This document shows positions 37,722 to 47,010 of a stretch of 51,791 nt of DNA, piece after piece. Every line of letters begins with the position of its first letter. Position 1 is the first letter of the stretch. The notes beneath the pieces were generated by a model. It was not told where the DNA came from. It saw nothing but the letters and a program-made list of their open reading frames with translations, and did not search any database. Where the stretch lies: NCBI GenBank assembly GCA_963169255.1, contig CAUJEJ010000040.1, positions 1 to 51,791 of the forward strand. Reading direction: 5' to 3'. Source of the DNA: Actinomycetota bacterium. Its GTDB lineage: Bacteria; Actinomycetota; Actinomycetes; S36-B12; UBA10799. Both the position numbers and the translations under genes were made by a program.

Positions 37722-38128
37722 CGAACCGGTCGAAGCTTGGACGGAGTCGCGATGGCGCCGATAGTGATCGCGGTTCTGCGACGGTGATCTGGCTCGCGGC
37801 ACTCGTGCTGTGCATGGTCTTCGGGTCGATGGCCTTCGCGTTAACTGAATTCTCGTCGGCAAGGGCGAGGGTGTCGGCGGCAGCAGACTTGGCGGCGCTC
37901 GCAGCAGCAAACCGTGCGATGTTTGGCGACGGGTGTGATCGCGCAGCGGCGATTGCGCGGGCGAACGACGCGCGTTTGCGCACGTGTGAGCGCAACGGCA
38001 CTGACGTCGTCGTCACAGTGGAGGGTCGGGCGCGGGGAGCGCTGGCTCACCTGGCGCGTGCTGCGGGCCAAAGTCCGCCAATGGTGGTGATGGATGCGAG
38101 GGCCGGTCAGCCCGAGTCCGTGACGTAA
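37718..38128 (+). CDS. Rv3654c-family TadE-like protein
   Basis: SDRGSATVIWLAALVLCMVFG N-terminal helix, AADLAALAAA segment. ATGA overlap with the preceding gene. Confidence 0.7.
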   Translation: MTNRSKLGRSRDGADSDRGSATVIWLAALVLCMVFGSMAFALTEFSSARARVSAAADLAALAAANRAMFGDGCDRAAAIARANDARLRTCERNGTDVVVTVEGRARGALAHLARAAGQSPPMVVMDARAGQPESVT

Positions 38129-38260
38129 ACCTTCATCACCCCCGGCACTTGTGCAAAGGTAGGCGCCAGAGTCATTGGGTACCGGTTGGTGCACGGAGGC
38201 GAACCGCACCCAAGCGAAACTGCGCAGCTATTGAACTGCACACCTATTGAGGGGAAAGAC

Positions 38261-38596
38261 GTGGAGATCACCTTGGCATCCCGCGAGCAAGACGGGTTCT
38301 CAATTACTGAGGTCACCGGTGAGGTCGACGTCTACACGGCACCACAGCTCGACGAGGCGCTGTCAGCGATTGTCGAGGGTGGCAACAACAAGTTGATCGT
38401 AGACCTATCGGGCGTCGAATTCCTCGACTCAACTGGGCTCGGCGTGCTGGTCAAGGCCCTCAAGCGAGTGCGCGAGAACGATGGTTCGCTCGCGGTGGTT
38501 GCCACCACTGACCGAATCAGCAAGGTATTCCGGATCACCGGACTCGATGCAGCGATTGGCCTCCACGGCAGCGTTGACGAGGCAGTAGGCGCCTGA
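38261..38596 (+). CDS. STAS-domain anti-sigma factor antagonist
   Basis: GAGGGGAAAGAC precedes GTG 38261. Motif DLSGVEFLDSTGLGVLV, with the conserved phosphorylatable Ser (38429-38431). Confidence 0.85.
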   Translation: MEITLASREQDGFSITEVTGEVDVYTAPQLDEALSAIVEGGNNKLIVDLSGVEFLDSTGLGVLVKALKRVRENDGSLAVVATTDRISKVFRITGLDAAIGLHGSVDEAVGA

Positions 38597-38597
38597 C

Positions 38598-39005
38598 ATG
38601 GGCACCGCCTCCCTATCGATCCCACCAGCCGCTGAACAGGTGCGACTTGCGCGTCTCGTGGCGGGTGCGGCGGCTCGTCGATGCGGAGTTGACGAGGAAG
38701 TCCTCGACGAGGTGCGTCTAGCGGTCGGTGAAGCGTGCGCCCTAGCAGTCGTCAAGCACCAAGACTCAGATCTGGCAGCTGACATCCGCATCGAGCTCAC
38801 CGATGATTCGGGTCGATTCAGCGTCAGGATCTTCGACCAGATCCCCGACACGAGTACGTCACCTGACTACGACGAGACCATGGCACTAGCCCTGATCTCG
38901 TCATTGGCACCCGAGAGCGCGGTTGCTCAATCTGGCCCCGGGACCGTCATCGAGATGGTCTGGCCGATCGAAGCACCGAAGCTCTCACGCCCCGACCTCG
39001 GATAG
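38598..39005 (+). CDS. RsbW/SpoIIAB-like anti-sigma factor (HATPase_c fold, N-box Asn missing)
   Basis: 135 aa. LAVGEACALAVVKH aligns with the RsbW/SpoIIAB N-box (V/A)SEA(C/V)TNA(V/I), but Asn is Leu (38742-38744). It starts 1 nt after the STAS gene stop. Confidence 0.7.
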   Translation: MGTASLSIPPAAEQVRLARLVAGAAARRCGVDEEVLDEVRLAVGEACALAVVKHQDSDLAADIRIELTDDSGRFSVRIFDQIPDTSTSPDYDETMALALISSLAPESAVAQSGPGTVIEMVWPIEAPKLSRPDLG

Positions 39006-39268
39006 CCCAACCCTGGCTGAAGCCCGCCATCCCCGAGCGCGTCGCACTGGAGAAATGGGCGTGCGGGATCGATTTCCAGAAAATGCGTCGTCACGGCGTT
39101 TCGTTCGAGCGGTCACCAAATTCGCGTGTTATCCGACATAGGATCGCGCCGACCTGCCGGCTTACCTAAGTCGGACCCAAAAGGGTGAGTCACCGGAGTG
39201 CCATAACAACGCATGGAGCTCTTGCGCGACGCGCTGAAACCCACCCGAATCCGTGATGAGGAGACCGC

Positions 39269-41728
39269 ATGTCCGCAGTTCTTGCTGCTGACGTCACCGT
39301 CTCGCTAGAGGGCGCCAACTTCACCTACGTGGCTGTTGTTGCACTTATTGCCCTTCTAGCGTTGGTAGTGGCGCTGGTCTTGGTTCGTGGCGTACTCGCC
39401 GCCGGCCAAGGAACCGAAAAGATGCAGGAGATCGCTGGCGCAGTGCAAGAAGGCGCATCGGCATACCTGACTCGACAATTCAAGACACTCAGCATCTTCG
39501 CTGTTGTTGTCTTCTTCCTACTCTTCCTACTCCCGGCTGAGACGAACTCTGAGCGCATCGGCCGCTCGATCTTCTTTGTCGTTGGTGCAGTCTTCTCCGG
39601 CGTCACCGGATACATCGGCATGTGGCTCGCAGTGCGCGCGAACGTTCGCGTCGCGGCCGCAGCGCAAGAGACTGGCGAACAGCAAGCGATGAAGATCGCG
39701 ATCCGCTCCGGTGGTGTCGCAGGGATGTTCACCGTCGGCCTGGGCTTGTTCGGCGCAACACTCGTCGTACTTATCTACAAGGGCGATGCACCCAAGGTGC
39801 TTGAAGGCTTCGGCTTCGGTGCCGCGCTGCTTGCGATGTTCATGCGAGTTGGTGGCGGAATCTTCACCAAGGCCGCCGACGTCGGTGCTGACTTGGTCGG
39901 CAAGGTTGAGCAGGGCATCCCTGAGGATGACCCGCGCAACGCTGCCACGATTGCCGACAACGTTGGTGACAACGTCGGCGACTGCGCCGGCATGGCCGCT
40001 GACCTGTTCGAGTCTTATGCCGTGACGTTGGTTGCCGCGTTGATCCTCGGCAAGGTTGCCTTCGGCGATATGGGCCTCGTTATTCCGCTCATCATTCCGG
40101 CAATCGGTGTCATCACCGCGATCCTCGGAATCTTCACTATCGCCCCACGCAAGGGCGATCGTTCCGGCATGACCGCGATCAACCGCGGATTCTTCCTGTC
40201 CGCAGTGATCTCGGCGATCCTCACGGTCATTGCAGCATTTGCGCTGTTGCCGAACCGCATCATTGACCTCAAGGGCGTGGATGTGGCTCGCCTCGGGATC
40301 GACGTGCTGACGCTGACGACGTTTGATCCTCGTTGGCTGATGATCGGCGCAGTGTTGATCGGCATCTTGCTCGCAGCTGCGATGCAGATCCTGACCGGCT
40401 ACTTCACCGAGACGAACCGCAAGCCGGTCGACGACGTCGCCCAGTCCTCACTGACTGGCCCGGCAACGGTCATCCTCGCCGGAATCTCGCTTGGTCTGGA
40501 ATCGGCGGTTTACTCCGCGTTGGTTATCGCTGCCGCTGTCTACGGCGCGTTCCTGCTCGGTGGCGGCTCGCTCGTCTTGAGCCTGTTCGCGATCGCACTG
40601 GCTGGTACCGGTTTGCTGACCACCGTCGGCGTGATTGTCGCGATGGACACGTTCGGTCCGATCTCCGACAACGCGCAGGGCATTGCTGAAATGTCCGGCG
40701 ACGTTGACGAAGAAGGCGCACAGGTTCTTACGAACCTCGACGCAGTCGGCAACACGACAAAGGCCATCACCAAGGGCATCGCGATCGCGACTGCCGTGCT
40801 CGCGGCGACTGCACTCTTCGGTGCATTCCGCGACTCGATCGGCGAGGCCGTCGCCTCGGTCCAGGAATCAACCCCACGGGTACTTGAAGGCCTCGGCTTC
40901 ACCAGTGGAACGCAGTACCTCGGAATCCTTGACGTCGCCAACCCACGCAACTTGGTTGGTTTGCTCATTGGTGCCTCGGTCGTGTTCCTGTTCTCGGGTC
41001 TGGCGATCAACGCCGTCTCCCGGGCAGCTGGAGCAGTGATCTTCGAGGTTCGTCGCCAGTTCCGCGAGAACCCCGGAATCATGACCTACGAAGTCAAGCC
41101 GGAGTACGCCCGCGTCGTCGACATCGTGACTCGCGATTCGCTACGCGAACTGGCGACTCCTGGGCTGCTAGCAGTGCTCACGCCGATCGCGGTCGGGTTC
41201 GCTCTCGGCATTGGTGCACTCGGCTCGTTCCTCGTCGGAACCATCGCGACCGGTTTGTTGATGGCAGTGTTCCTGTCCAACTCCGGTGGCGCGTGGGATA
41301 ACTCGAAGAAGTTCGTTGAGGACGGCGCGTATGGCGGAAAGGGTTCACCTGCTCACGAGGCCACCGTTATCGGTGACACCGTTGGTGACCCATTCAAGGA
41401 CACCGCTGGCCCATCGATCAACCCGTTGATCAAGGTCATGAACCTCGTCGCACTGCTTATCGCCCCGGCGGTTGTGACGATGTTCCTCACCGAGCAAACG
41501 GCACTGCGACTGTTCATCGCAGCGCTGGCAACAGCGGTCATCGTTGCCGCAGTCATCATCAGCAAGCGTCGTCCAATTGCAGTGTCGCCTGACGAGATCG
41601 CAGACGACATCAAGGACGCTGATGGTCACGGACCGTCGTCTGGTGAGGCCGCTCAGCTTGACGAAGCGGTGCAAGAGGCAGCCGAAGATGCCGGCGTGCC
41701 GGCACCTGCGGAGGCTGGCGAAAAGTAG
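39269..41728 (+). CDS. hppA: K+-insensitive H+-translocating membrane pyrophosphatase
   Basis: 819 aa polytopic protein. Motifs GGIFTKAADVGADLVGKVE, DNVGDNVGDCAGMAADLFES and GDTVGDPFKDT. VGNTTKAITKG (Lys rather than Ala) marks the K+-independent class. Confidence 0.93.
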   Translation: MSAVLAADVTVSLEGANFTYVAVVALIALLALVVALVLVRGVLAAGQGTEKMQEIAGAVQEGASAYLTRQFKTLSIFAVVVFFLLFLLPAETNSERIGRSIFFVVGAVFSGVTGYIGMWLAVRANVRVAAAAQETGEQQAMKIAIRSGGVAGMFTVGLGLFGATLVVLIYKGDAPKVLEGFGFGAALLAMFMRVGGGIFTKAADVGADLVGKVEQGIPEDDPRNAATIADNVGDNVGDCAGMAADLFESYAVTLVAALILGKVAFGDMGLVIPLIIPAIGVITAILGIFTIAPRKGDRSGMTAINRGFFLSAVISAILTVIAAFALLPNRIIDLKGVDVARLGIDVLTLTTFDPRWLMIGAVLIGILLAAAMQILTGYFTETNRKPVDDVAQSSLTGPATVILAGISLGLESAVYSALVIAAAVYGAFLLGGGSLVLSLFAIALAGTGLLTTVGVIVAMDTFGPISDNAQGIAEMSGDVDEEGAQVLTNLDAVGNTTKAITKGIAIATAVLAATALFGAFRDSIGEAVASVQESTPRVLEGLGFTSGTQYLGILDVANPRNLVGLLIGASVVFLFSGLAINAVSRAAGAVIFEVRRQFRENPGIMTYEVKPEYARVVDIVTRDSLRELATPGLLAVLTPIAVGFALGIGALGSFLVGTIATGLLMAVFLSNSGGAWDNSKKFVEDGAYGGKGSPAHEATVIGDTVGDPFKDTAGPSINPLIKVMNLVALLIAPAVVTMFLTEQTALRLFIAALATAVIVAAVIISKRRPIAVSPDEIADDIKDADGHGPSSGEAAQLDEAVQEAAEDAGVPAPAEAGEK

Positions 41729-41743
41729 TTCGAATCAGCGAGC

Positions 41744-41781
41744 GACGCAGCCCCGACCAGCACCACGGTCGGGGCTGCGTC
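41744..41781 (+). terminator. terminator hairpin after hppA
   Basis: GACGCAGCCCCGACC-AGCACCAC-GGTCGGGGCTGCGTC (15-bp perfect stem), 16 nt after the stop, with a weak T tail (ACGTTCGG). Confidence 0.65.
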
Positions 41782-41982
41782 ACGTTCGGATCCGTGGCGC
41801 CACCGTGATGCCGGAACCAACCGAGCGGAATCGCAGTCAAAGGGTCACCGGCTATGGTGAATAGCGATCGAGGGCTACAGTGACCGCAATTGCGCGCTCG
41901 CCGAGCACATCGAGCGTCAGTAGCACCGCAAGACAAGTCGCCAGCAACAACATGCACGCACCAACGTGAAGGAGCACCCACC

Positions 41983-44730
41983 GTGCCCAGTAAGGATGGC
42001 CTACGCCGGCTCGTGATCGTGGAGTCCCCGGCTAAGGCAAAGACCATCCAGGGGTACCTCGGACCTGGGTACGAGGTTGACTCCAGCGTTGGCCATATTC
42101 GTGATCTTCCCGACTCTGCCAACATCCCGGCAAAGTACAAAGGCCTGCCGTGGGCGCGGATGGCGATCGACGTCGACAACGACTTCACCCCTATCTATGT
42201 GGTCGACGCACGCAAGAAGGCCAAAGTTGCCGAGCTGAAGAAGAAGCTCGAATCTGCCGACGAACTCCTGCTCGCCACAGATGAGGACCGCGAGGGTGAG
42301 GCAATCGCCTGGCACTTGCTTGAGGTCCTCAAGCCGAAGGTCCCAGCCAAGCGCATGGTGTTCCACGAGATCACCAAAGAAGCGATCACTCGTGCGGTGG
42401 ACCAAACTCGCGAGCTCAATCGCGACCTCGTCGATGCCCAAGAAGCCCGCCGAATCCTTGACCGGCTCTACGGCTATGAGATCTCCCCGGTGCTGTGGAA
42501 GAAGGTCATGCAAGGCCTTTCAGCAGGACGGGTCCAGTCCGTCGCGTTGCGTCTTGTGGTGGACCGCGAGCGCGCTCGGATTGCGCACAAGTCAGCCGAA
42601 TATTGGGATCTGGAAGCAACCGTTGACCCGGGTTCGTTCAACGCTCGCCTGACCTCGATCGACGGCAAGCGGATCGCTCAGGGCAACGACTTTGACTCCC
42701 TCGGCGCGCTCAAGAAGCCCGACATCGTTCGGATGAATGCCAGCGAGGCCGAGGCTCTCGCCGACGCGCTCACCGGTGTGGACCTCACCGTCGCCTCGGT
42801 CGACAATCGCCCAGGAACCCGCAAGCCAGCGGCACCATTCATGACCTCGACGCTGCAGCGCGAAGCCTCCAACAAGCTGCGCTGGGGCGCCCAGCGCACA
42901 ATGCGCGTGGCGCAGGGCCTCTACGAACGCGGCTTCATCACCTATATGCGTACCGACTCCACGACGCTCTCGGATTCGGCGATCAACGCCGCTCGTGCAC
43001 AAGCCGCGGACCTGTACGGCTCGGACCATGTGTCACCGGCCCCGCGCCGCTATGAACGCAAGGTCAAGAACGCGCAAGAGGCGCACGAGGCGATCCGCCC
43101 GTCCGGCGATACGTTCCGCACACCTGCAGAGGTCGCTGGCCAGCTCACCGGTGACGACTTCGCGCTATATGACCTGATCTGGAAGCGCACAGTTGCGTCA
43201 CAGATGGCTGACGCCAAGGTCGCCACCACCACGATCAAACTCGCCGCAACCGCCAACGATGGCCGCGCTGTCGAGTTCTCGGCCAGTGGCACCGTCATCA
43301 CGTTCCCCGGCTTCTTGGCTGCGTACGAAGAGGGCGACGACGACGATTCAGGCGATGGCGACAAAGGTAAGAAGGAGGTCCGCCTCCCAGCACTTGCCGA
43401 GGGTGACTCCGCCATCTTGGCCGCACTTTCTGCCGAGGGCCACGCCACGAAGCCACCTGCTCGTTACACCGAGGCGAGCCTGGTCAAGGACCTTGAAGAA
43501 CGAGGCATCGGCCGACCAAGTACCTATGCGTCGATCATGACCGTGCTTGTCGACCGCGGTTACGTCACCAAGCGCGGCACTGCGCTCGTCCCAAGTTGGC
43601 TCGCCTTCTCCGTGGTGCGCCTGCTTGAAGAACACTTCGGTGGCCTCGTGGACTACGCGTTCACCGCCACGATGGAAGAAGTCCTCGACACCGTTGCATC
43701 CGGCAACGAGTCGCGCCTGCAGGTGCTGAAGGACTTCTACTTCGGAGGATCTGAGCTCGTCCGTGAGGGATTCCCCGGGGTGAAGTCGCTGGTCGAGAAG
43801 TTCGGCGACATCGATGCCCGAGCGAACGCGACGTTCCCGATCGAGGGTTCGGACATCGTCTTGCGGGTCGGTCGCTACGGCCCGTATCTGGACAAGAACG
43901 GTCAACTCGCGAACGTGCCCGAGGACCTCGCACCCGATGAGTTGACGATCGAGAAGGCCGAGGAACTGCTCGCCGCGCCCTCAGGGGATCGCGAGCTCGG
44001 CATCGACCCAGTCAGTGGCAACCAGTTGGTCGCCAAGTCCGGTCGCTACGGCCCGTACGTCACCGAGATCCTGCCAGAACCAGAAGAGCCGAAGCCCAGT
44101 GATGACCCCGACGCCAAGCCAAAGAAGCGCGTCGCGAAGTCCAAAGTGAAGCCGCGCACCGCGAGCCTGTTCAAAGAGATGGATCTGGACTCGGTCACGC
44201 TCGAAGATGCACTCAAGCTGCTGTCGATTCCGCGCGTTGTTGGGCAGCACCCGGAGGACCAAGAAGAGATCGTGGCCCGCAACGGTCGCTACGGCCCGTA
44301 CATCACCTGGAATAAGGAATCACGGTCACTTCCTGACGAGCCGAGCATCTTCACAATCGACTTGCCCGGTGCGCTCGCGTTGCTCGCGCAGCCGAAGCAG
44401 CGGGGCCGTCGTGCTGCCGATCCAGGCAAGGAGATCGGCGAGGATCCCAACACCAAGGGCATGATCATGCTCAAGGACGGACGGTTCGGGCCGTACGTCA
44501 CCGACGGCGAGACCAACGCCTCGCTACGTCGAGCAGATGATCCGATGACGATTACGTTAGCTCGCGCTGTCGAGTTGCTTGCTGAGCGTCGCGCGGCCGG
44601 TCCGCCGCAGAAGCGTGCCAAGAAGGCCGCGAAGAAGGCTCCAGCGAAGAAGGCCGCTGCCAAGAAGACGACCGCCAAGAAGGCAGCTACGAAGAAGACG
44701 GCAGCAAAGAAGGCAGTAGTAAAGGCGTGA
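41983..44730 (+). CDS. topA: DNA topoisomerase I
   Basis: GAAGGAG lies 9 nt before GTG 41983 (the ORF maximum starts at 41890). Toprim RLVIVESPAKAKTI and active-site region GFITYMRTDS. The Lys/Ala-rich C-terminal tail (KKAAKKAPAKKAAAKK...) is typical of actinobacterial TopA. Confidence 0.95.
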   Translation: MPSKDGLRRLVIVESPAKAKTIQGYLGPGYEVDSSVGHIRDLPDSANIPAKYKGLPWARMAIDVDNDFTPIYVVDARKKAKVAELKKKLESADELLLATDEDREGEAIAWHLLEVLKPKVPAKRMVFHEITKEAITRAVDQTRELNRDLVDAQEARRILDRLYGYEISPVLWKKVMQGLSAGRVQSVALRLVVDRERARIAHKSAEYWDLEATVDPGSFNARLTSIDGKRIAQGNDFDSLGALKKPDIVRMNASEAEALADALTGVDLTVASVDNRPGTRKPAAPFMTSTLQREASNKLRWGAQRTMRVAQGLYERGFITYMRTDSTTLSDSAINAARAQAADLYGSDHVSPAPRRYERKVKNAQEAHEAIRPSGDTFRTPAEVAGQLTGDDFALYDLIWKRTVASQMADAKVATTTIKLAATANDGRAVEFSASGTVITFPGFLAAYEEGDDDDSGDGDKGKKEVRLPALAEGDSAILAALSAEGHATKPPARYTEASLVKDLEERGIGRPSTYASIMTVLVDRGYVTKRGTALVPSWLAFSVVRLLEEHFGGLVDYAFTATMEEVLDTVASGNESRLQVLKDFYFGGSELVREGFPGVKSLVEKFGDIDARANATFPIEGSDIVLRVGRYGPYLDKNGQLANVPEDLAPDELTIEKAEELLAAPSGDRELGIDPVSGNQLVAKSGRYGPYVTEILPEPEEPKPSDDPDAKPKKRVAKSKVKPRTASLFKEMDLDSVTLEDALKLLSIPRVVGQHPEDQEEIVARNGRYGPYITWNKESRSLPDEPSIFTIDLPGALALLAQPKQRGRRAADPGKEIGEDPNTKGMIMLKDGRFGPYVTDGETNASLRRADDPMTITLARAVELLAERRAAGPPQKRAKKAAKKAPAKKAAAKKTTAKKAATKKTAAKKAVVKA

Positions 44731-45350
44731 CCAGTTCGACCGGGACCTTCATCGTTTTTGAAGGTGGCGAAGGTGCGGGCAAGTCGACGCAGGTTGCGCT
44801 GTTGCGCGACGCACTCGAAGCTCAAGGTCGCGAAGTTGTCCTGACCCGCGAGCCCGGCGGAACTCCCACCGCAGAGGCGATCCGGGCACTTGTGCTCGAC
44901 GTCGCCCATGCTGGCCTCGACGCTCGGGCGGAGGCGCTGTTGTTCGCGGCTGCTCGCGCCGAGCATGTGTCGGCGCTCATCCGCCCCGCGTTGGAGCGCG
45001 GCGCGACGGTCATTTGCGACCGCTACATCGACTCGTCAGTCGCGTACCAGGGCCTCGGCCGTGAACTTGGGGCGGATCAGATCCGCGAACTCAGTGCGTG
45101 GGCAACCGAGAACCTGGCTGCCGACCTCACGATCGTGCTCGACATCGACCCAGTTGTTGGCCTGGCCCGCGCCGGGCAGGTCAGCGACGCACCCGACCGC
45201 ATGGAGTCGGAGGCGCTGAGCTTCCACCAAATGGTCCGCGCCGCGTTCCTCAATGCCGCTGCAGCGAACCCCGCCACCTACGCAGTCATTGACGCAACCG
45301 CGTCACCCGCGGAGATCCATACGCAGATCGTCGCGCGAATCCAGGCTTAA
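44727..45350 (+). CDS. tmk: dTMP (thymidylate) kinase
   Basis: P-loop FEGGEGAGKST, DRY motif (CDRYIDSS). GTGA overlap with topA. Confidence 0.92.
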   Translation: MTSSTGTFIVFEGGEGAGKSTQVALLRDALEAQGREVVLTREPGGTPTAEAIRALVLDVAHAGLDARAEALLFAAARAEHVSALIRPALERGATVICDRYIDSSVAYQGLGRELGADQIRELSAWATENLAADLTIVLDIDPVVGLARAGQVSDAPDRMESEALSFHQMVRAAFLNAAAANPATYAVIDATASPAEIHTQIVARIQA

Positions 45351-45357
45351 ACCAACA

Positions 45358-45400
45358 GTGTGCGTGATTTGTGTCGAATAGCCACACAAATCACGCACGC
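45358..45400. terminator. bidirectional terminator between convergent tmk and csbD-like genes
   Basis: GTGCGTGATTTGTGT (45360-74) pairs with ACACAAATCACGCAC (45384-98), a 15-bp perfect stem with a 9-nt loop, followed by TGTTTGGG on the plus strand. Confidence 0.7.
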
Positions 45401-45414
45401 TGTTTGGGAAACGA

Positions 45415-45609
45415 CTAGATGCCGACTGCCTTCTTCAGCGAATCCACGGCGCCGACGCCGCGGGCGCGTGCCTTACGAAGGTTCGCGGTGATCTGGTCCG
45501 CCTTGCCTTCGTACTGCAGGTCTTCATTCTTGAAGGTGAAGCCCGCAATTTCCTTGGCGCGGCCAGTGACGGAAAGCGCAGTGTTTTTGGTTGAGTCGAT
45601 GAGGTTCAT
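45415..45609 (-). CDS. CsbD-family stress protein
   Basis: 64 aa from ATG 45609 (MNLIDSTKNTALSVTGRAKEIAGFTFKNEDLQYEGKADQITANLRKA...), the typical CsbD pattern. Confidence 0.75.
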   Translation of the reverse strand: MNLIDSTKNTALSVTGRAKEIAGFTFKNEDLQYEGKADQITANLRKARARGVGAVDSLKKAVGI

Positions 45610-45813
45610 GGTGAAACCCCTTTCGTCTATGGGAGTCCGTCTGACCGGCTCCGTGGCTGGTGCTCTTGGTTCTGTTATGCCCACTACGGAGGGCGAATAA
45701 CACGTATGTGAGCCACGCCATGTCGGGTGCCTCACCCGGAAAGCGATGAATCTTTGCTGTTGATTTGTCGACTCCGTGTTCCTGCGCGGGCAGCGGGAGG
45801 CAGAATCGGACCC

Positions 45814-47010
45814 GTGACGGTGTGGGACGAGCTAGTCGGGCAGCAAGCGGCCATCGAGGTGTTGGGTGCGGCGGCAACTGACGCCGCCATGGCAACCCCT
45901 GGTCCTGCGATGACCCACGCGTGGCTGATGACGGGTCCGCCCGGAAGCGGTCGATCGACCGCCGCTCGCGCGTTCGCCGCAGCCCTGATGTGTCCGGATG
46001 GTGGATGTGGGCAGTGCGCGGATTGCCGCAGCGTGCTTGCTGGATCGCACCTTGACGTTGAAGTCATCCGCCCGGAAGGCGTTACCTACAAGACTGCCGA
46101 TGCGCGCGCGCTGGTGCAGCGTGCGTCTATGGCGCCGAGCCGCGGCAAGTGGCACGTCCTCGTCTTGGAGGATGCTGATCGCCTCACCGAGACCGCGAAC
46201 AATGTGCTGCTGAAGGCGATCGAAGAACCGCCGCCGCGCGCGGTCTGGCTTCTCTGCACGCCGAGCGTGGAGGACGTCCTCCCGACCATCAGGTCGCGGT
46301 GCCGCCACATCATGCTCAAGACGCCGACGCCCACCGATGTCGCCGACTTTCTCGTCGAGGCTGAATCAGTTGACGCCACAACCGCGTTGTTCGCGGCGCA
46401 GGCATCGCAGGGGCACGTCGGTCGGGCGCGGGCGCTCGCACGTGACGAGAACGCTCGCCAACGCCGCCGCGAGATCCTCTCGATCCCTGCCCGGCTAACC
46501 GACCTCCGCAACTGCTTCTCGTCTGCCGAAGCGATGGTCGCGACTGCCAAAGAGGATGCGCGCGCGATCACGGAGCCGCTGGACGCGAGGGAGAAGGAAG
46601 ACCTCCTGTCAGCCTGGGGTGAAGGTGCCGAGGGCCGGGGCGTCAAAGGTGGCGCACGCGGAGTGAAGGGTGCGATCAAGGAGCTGGAAGTTCGGCAAAA
46701 GTCGCGAACCACTCGGACGGAACGCGATCAGCTCGATCGTGCGCTGCTCGATCTGCTCGGGTTCTACCGAGATGTGCTCGCCCACCAATTTGGTGCGACC
46801 ACTGACGGTTCCATCGCGATGATCAACGCTGAGATGCGAACGGAAATCGTGCGGGTTGCCGACGCGAGCAACACGATCGAGACGATGTGGCGGATTGATG
46901 CAATCGAACGCGCTCGCCTCGCACTCGACGCCAACGTCGCTCCCCAACTCGCGATGGAGGCGCTGACCATCGATCTGCGTCGGCCTGATTTGCGTCGATC
47001 CGCATCGTGA
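45814..47010 (+). CDS. holB: DNA polymerase III subunit delta'
   Basis: GTG 45814 (VTVWDELVGQ..). HAWLMTGPPGSGRSTAA, zinc module CPDGGCGQCADC, SRC motif (TIRSRC). topA-tmk-holB order is common in actinobacteria. Confidence 0.9.
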   Translation: MTVWDELVGQQAAIEVLGAAATDAAMATPGPAMTHAWLMTGPPGSGRSTAARAFAAALMCPDGGCGQCADCRSVLAGSHLDVEVIRPEGVTYKTADARALVQRASMAPSRGKWHVLVLEDADRLTETANNVLLKAIEEPPPRAVWLLCTPSVEDVLPTIRSRCRHIMLKTPTPTDVADFLVEAESVDATTALFAAQASQGHVGRARALARDENARQRRREILSIPARLTDLRNCFSSAEAMVATAKEDARAITEPLDAREKEDLLSAWGEGAEGRGVKGGARGVKGAIKELEVRQKSRTTRTERDQLDRALLDLLGFYRDVLAHQFGATTDGSIAMINAEMRTEIVRVADASNTIETMWRIDAIERARLALDANVAPQLAMEALTIDLRRPDLRRSAS

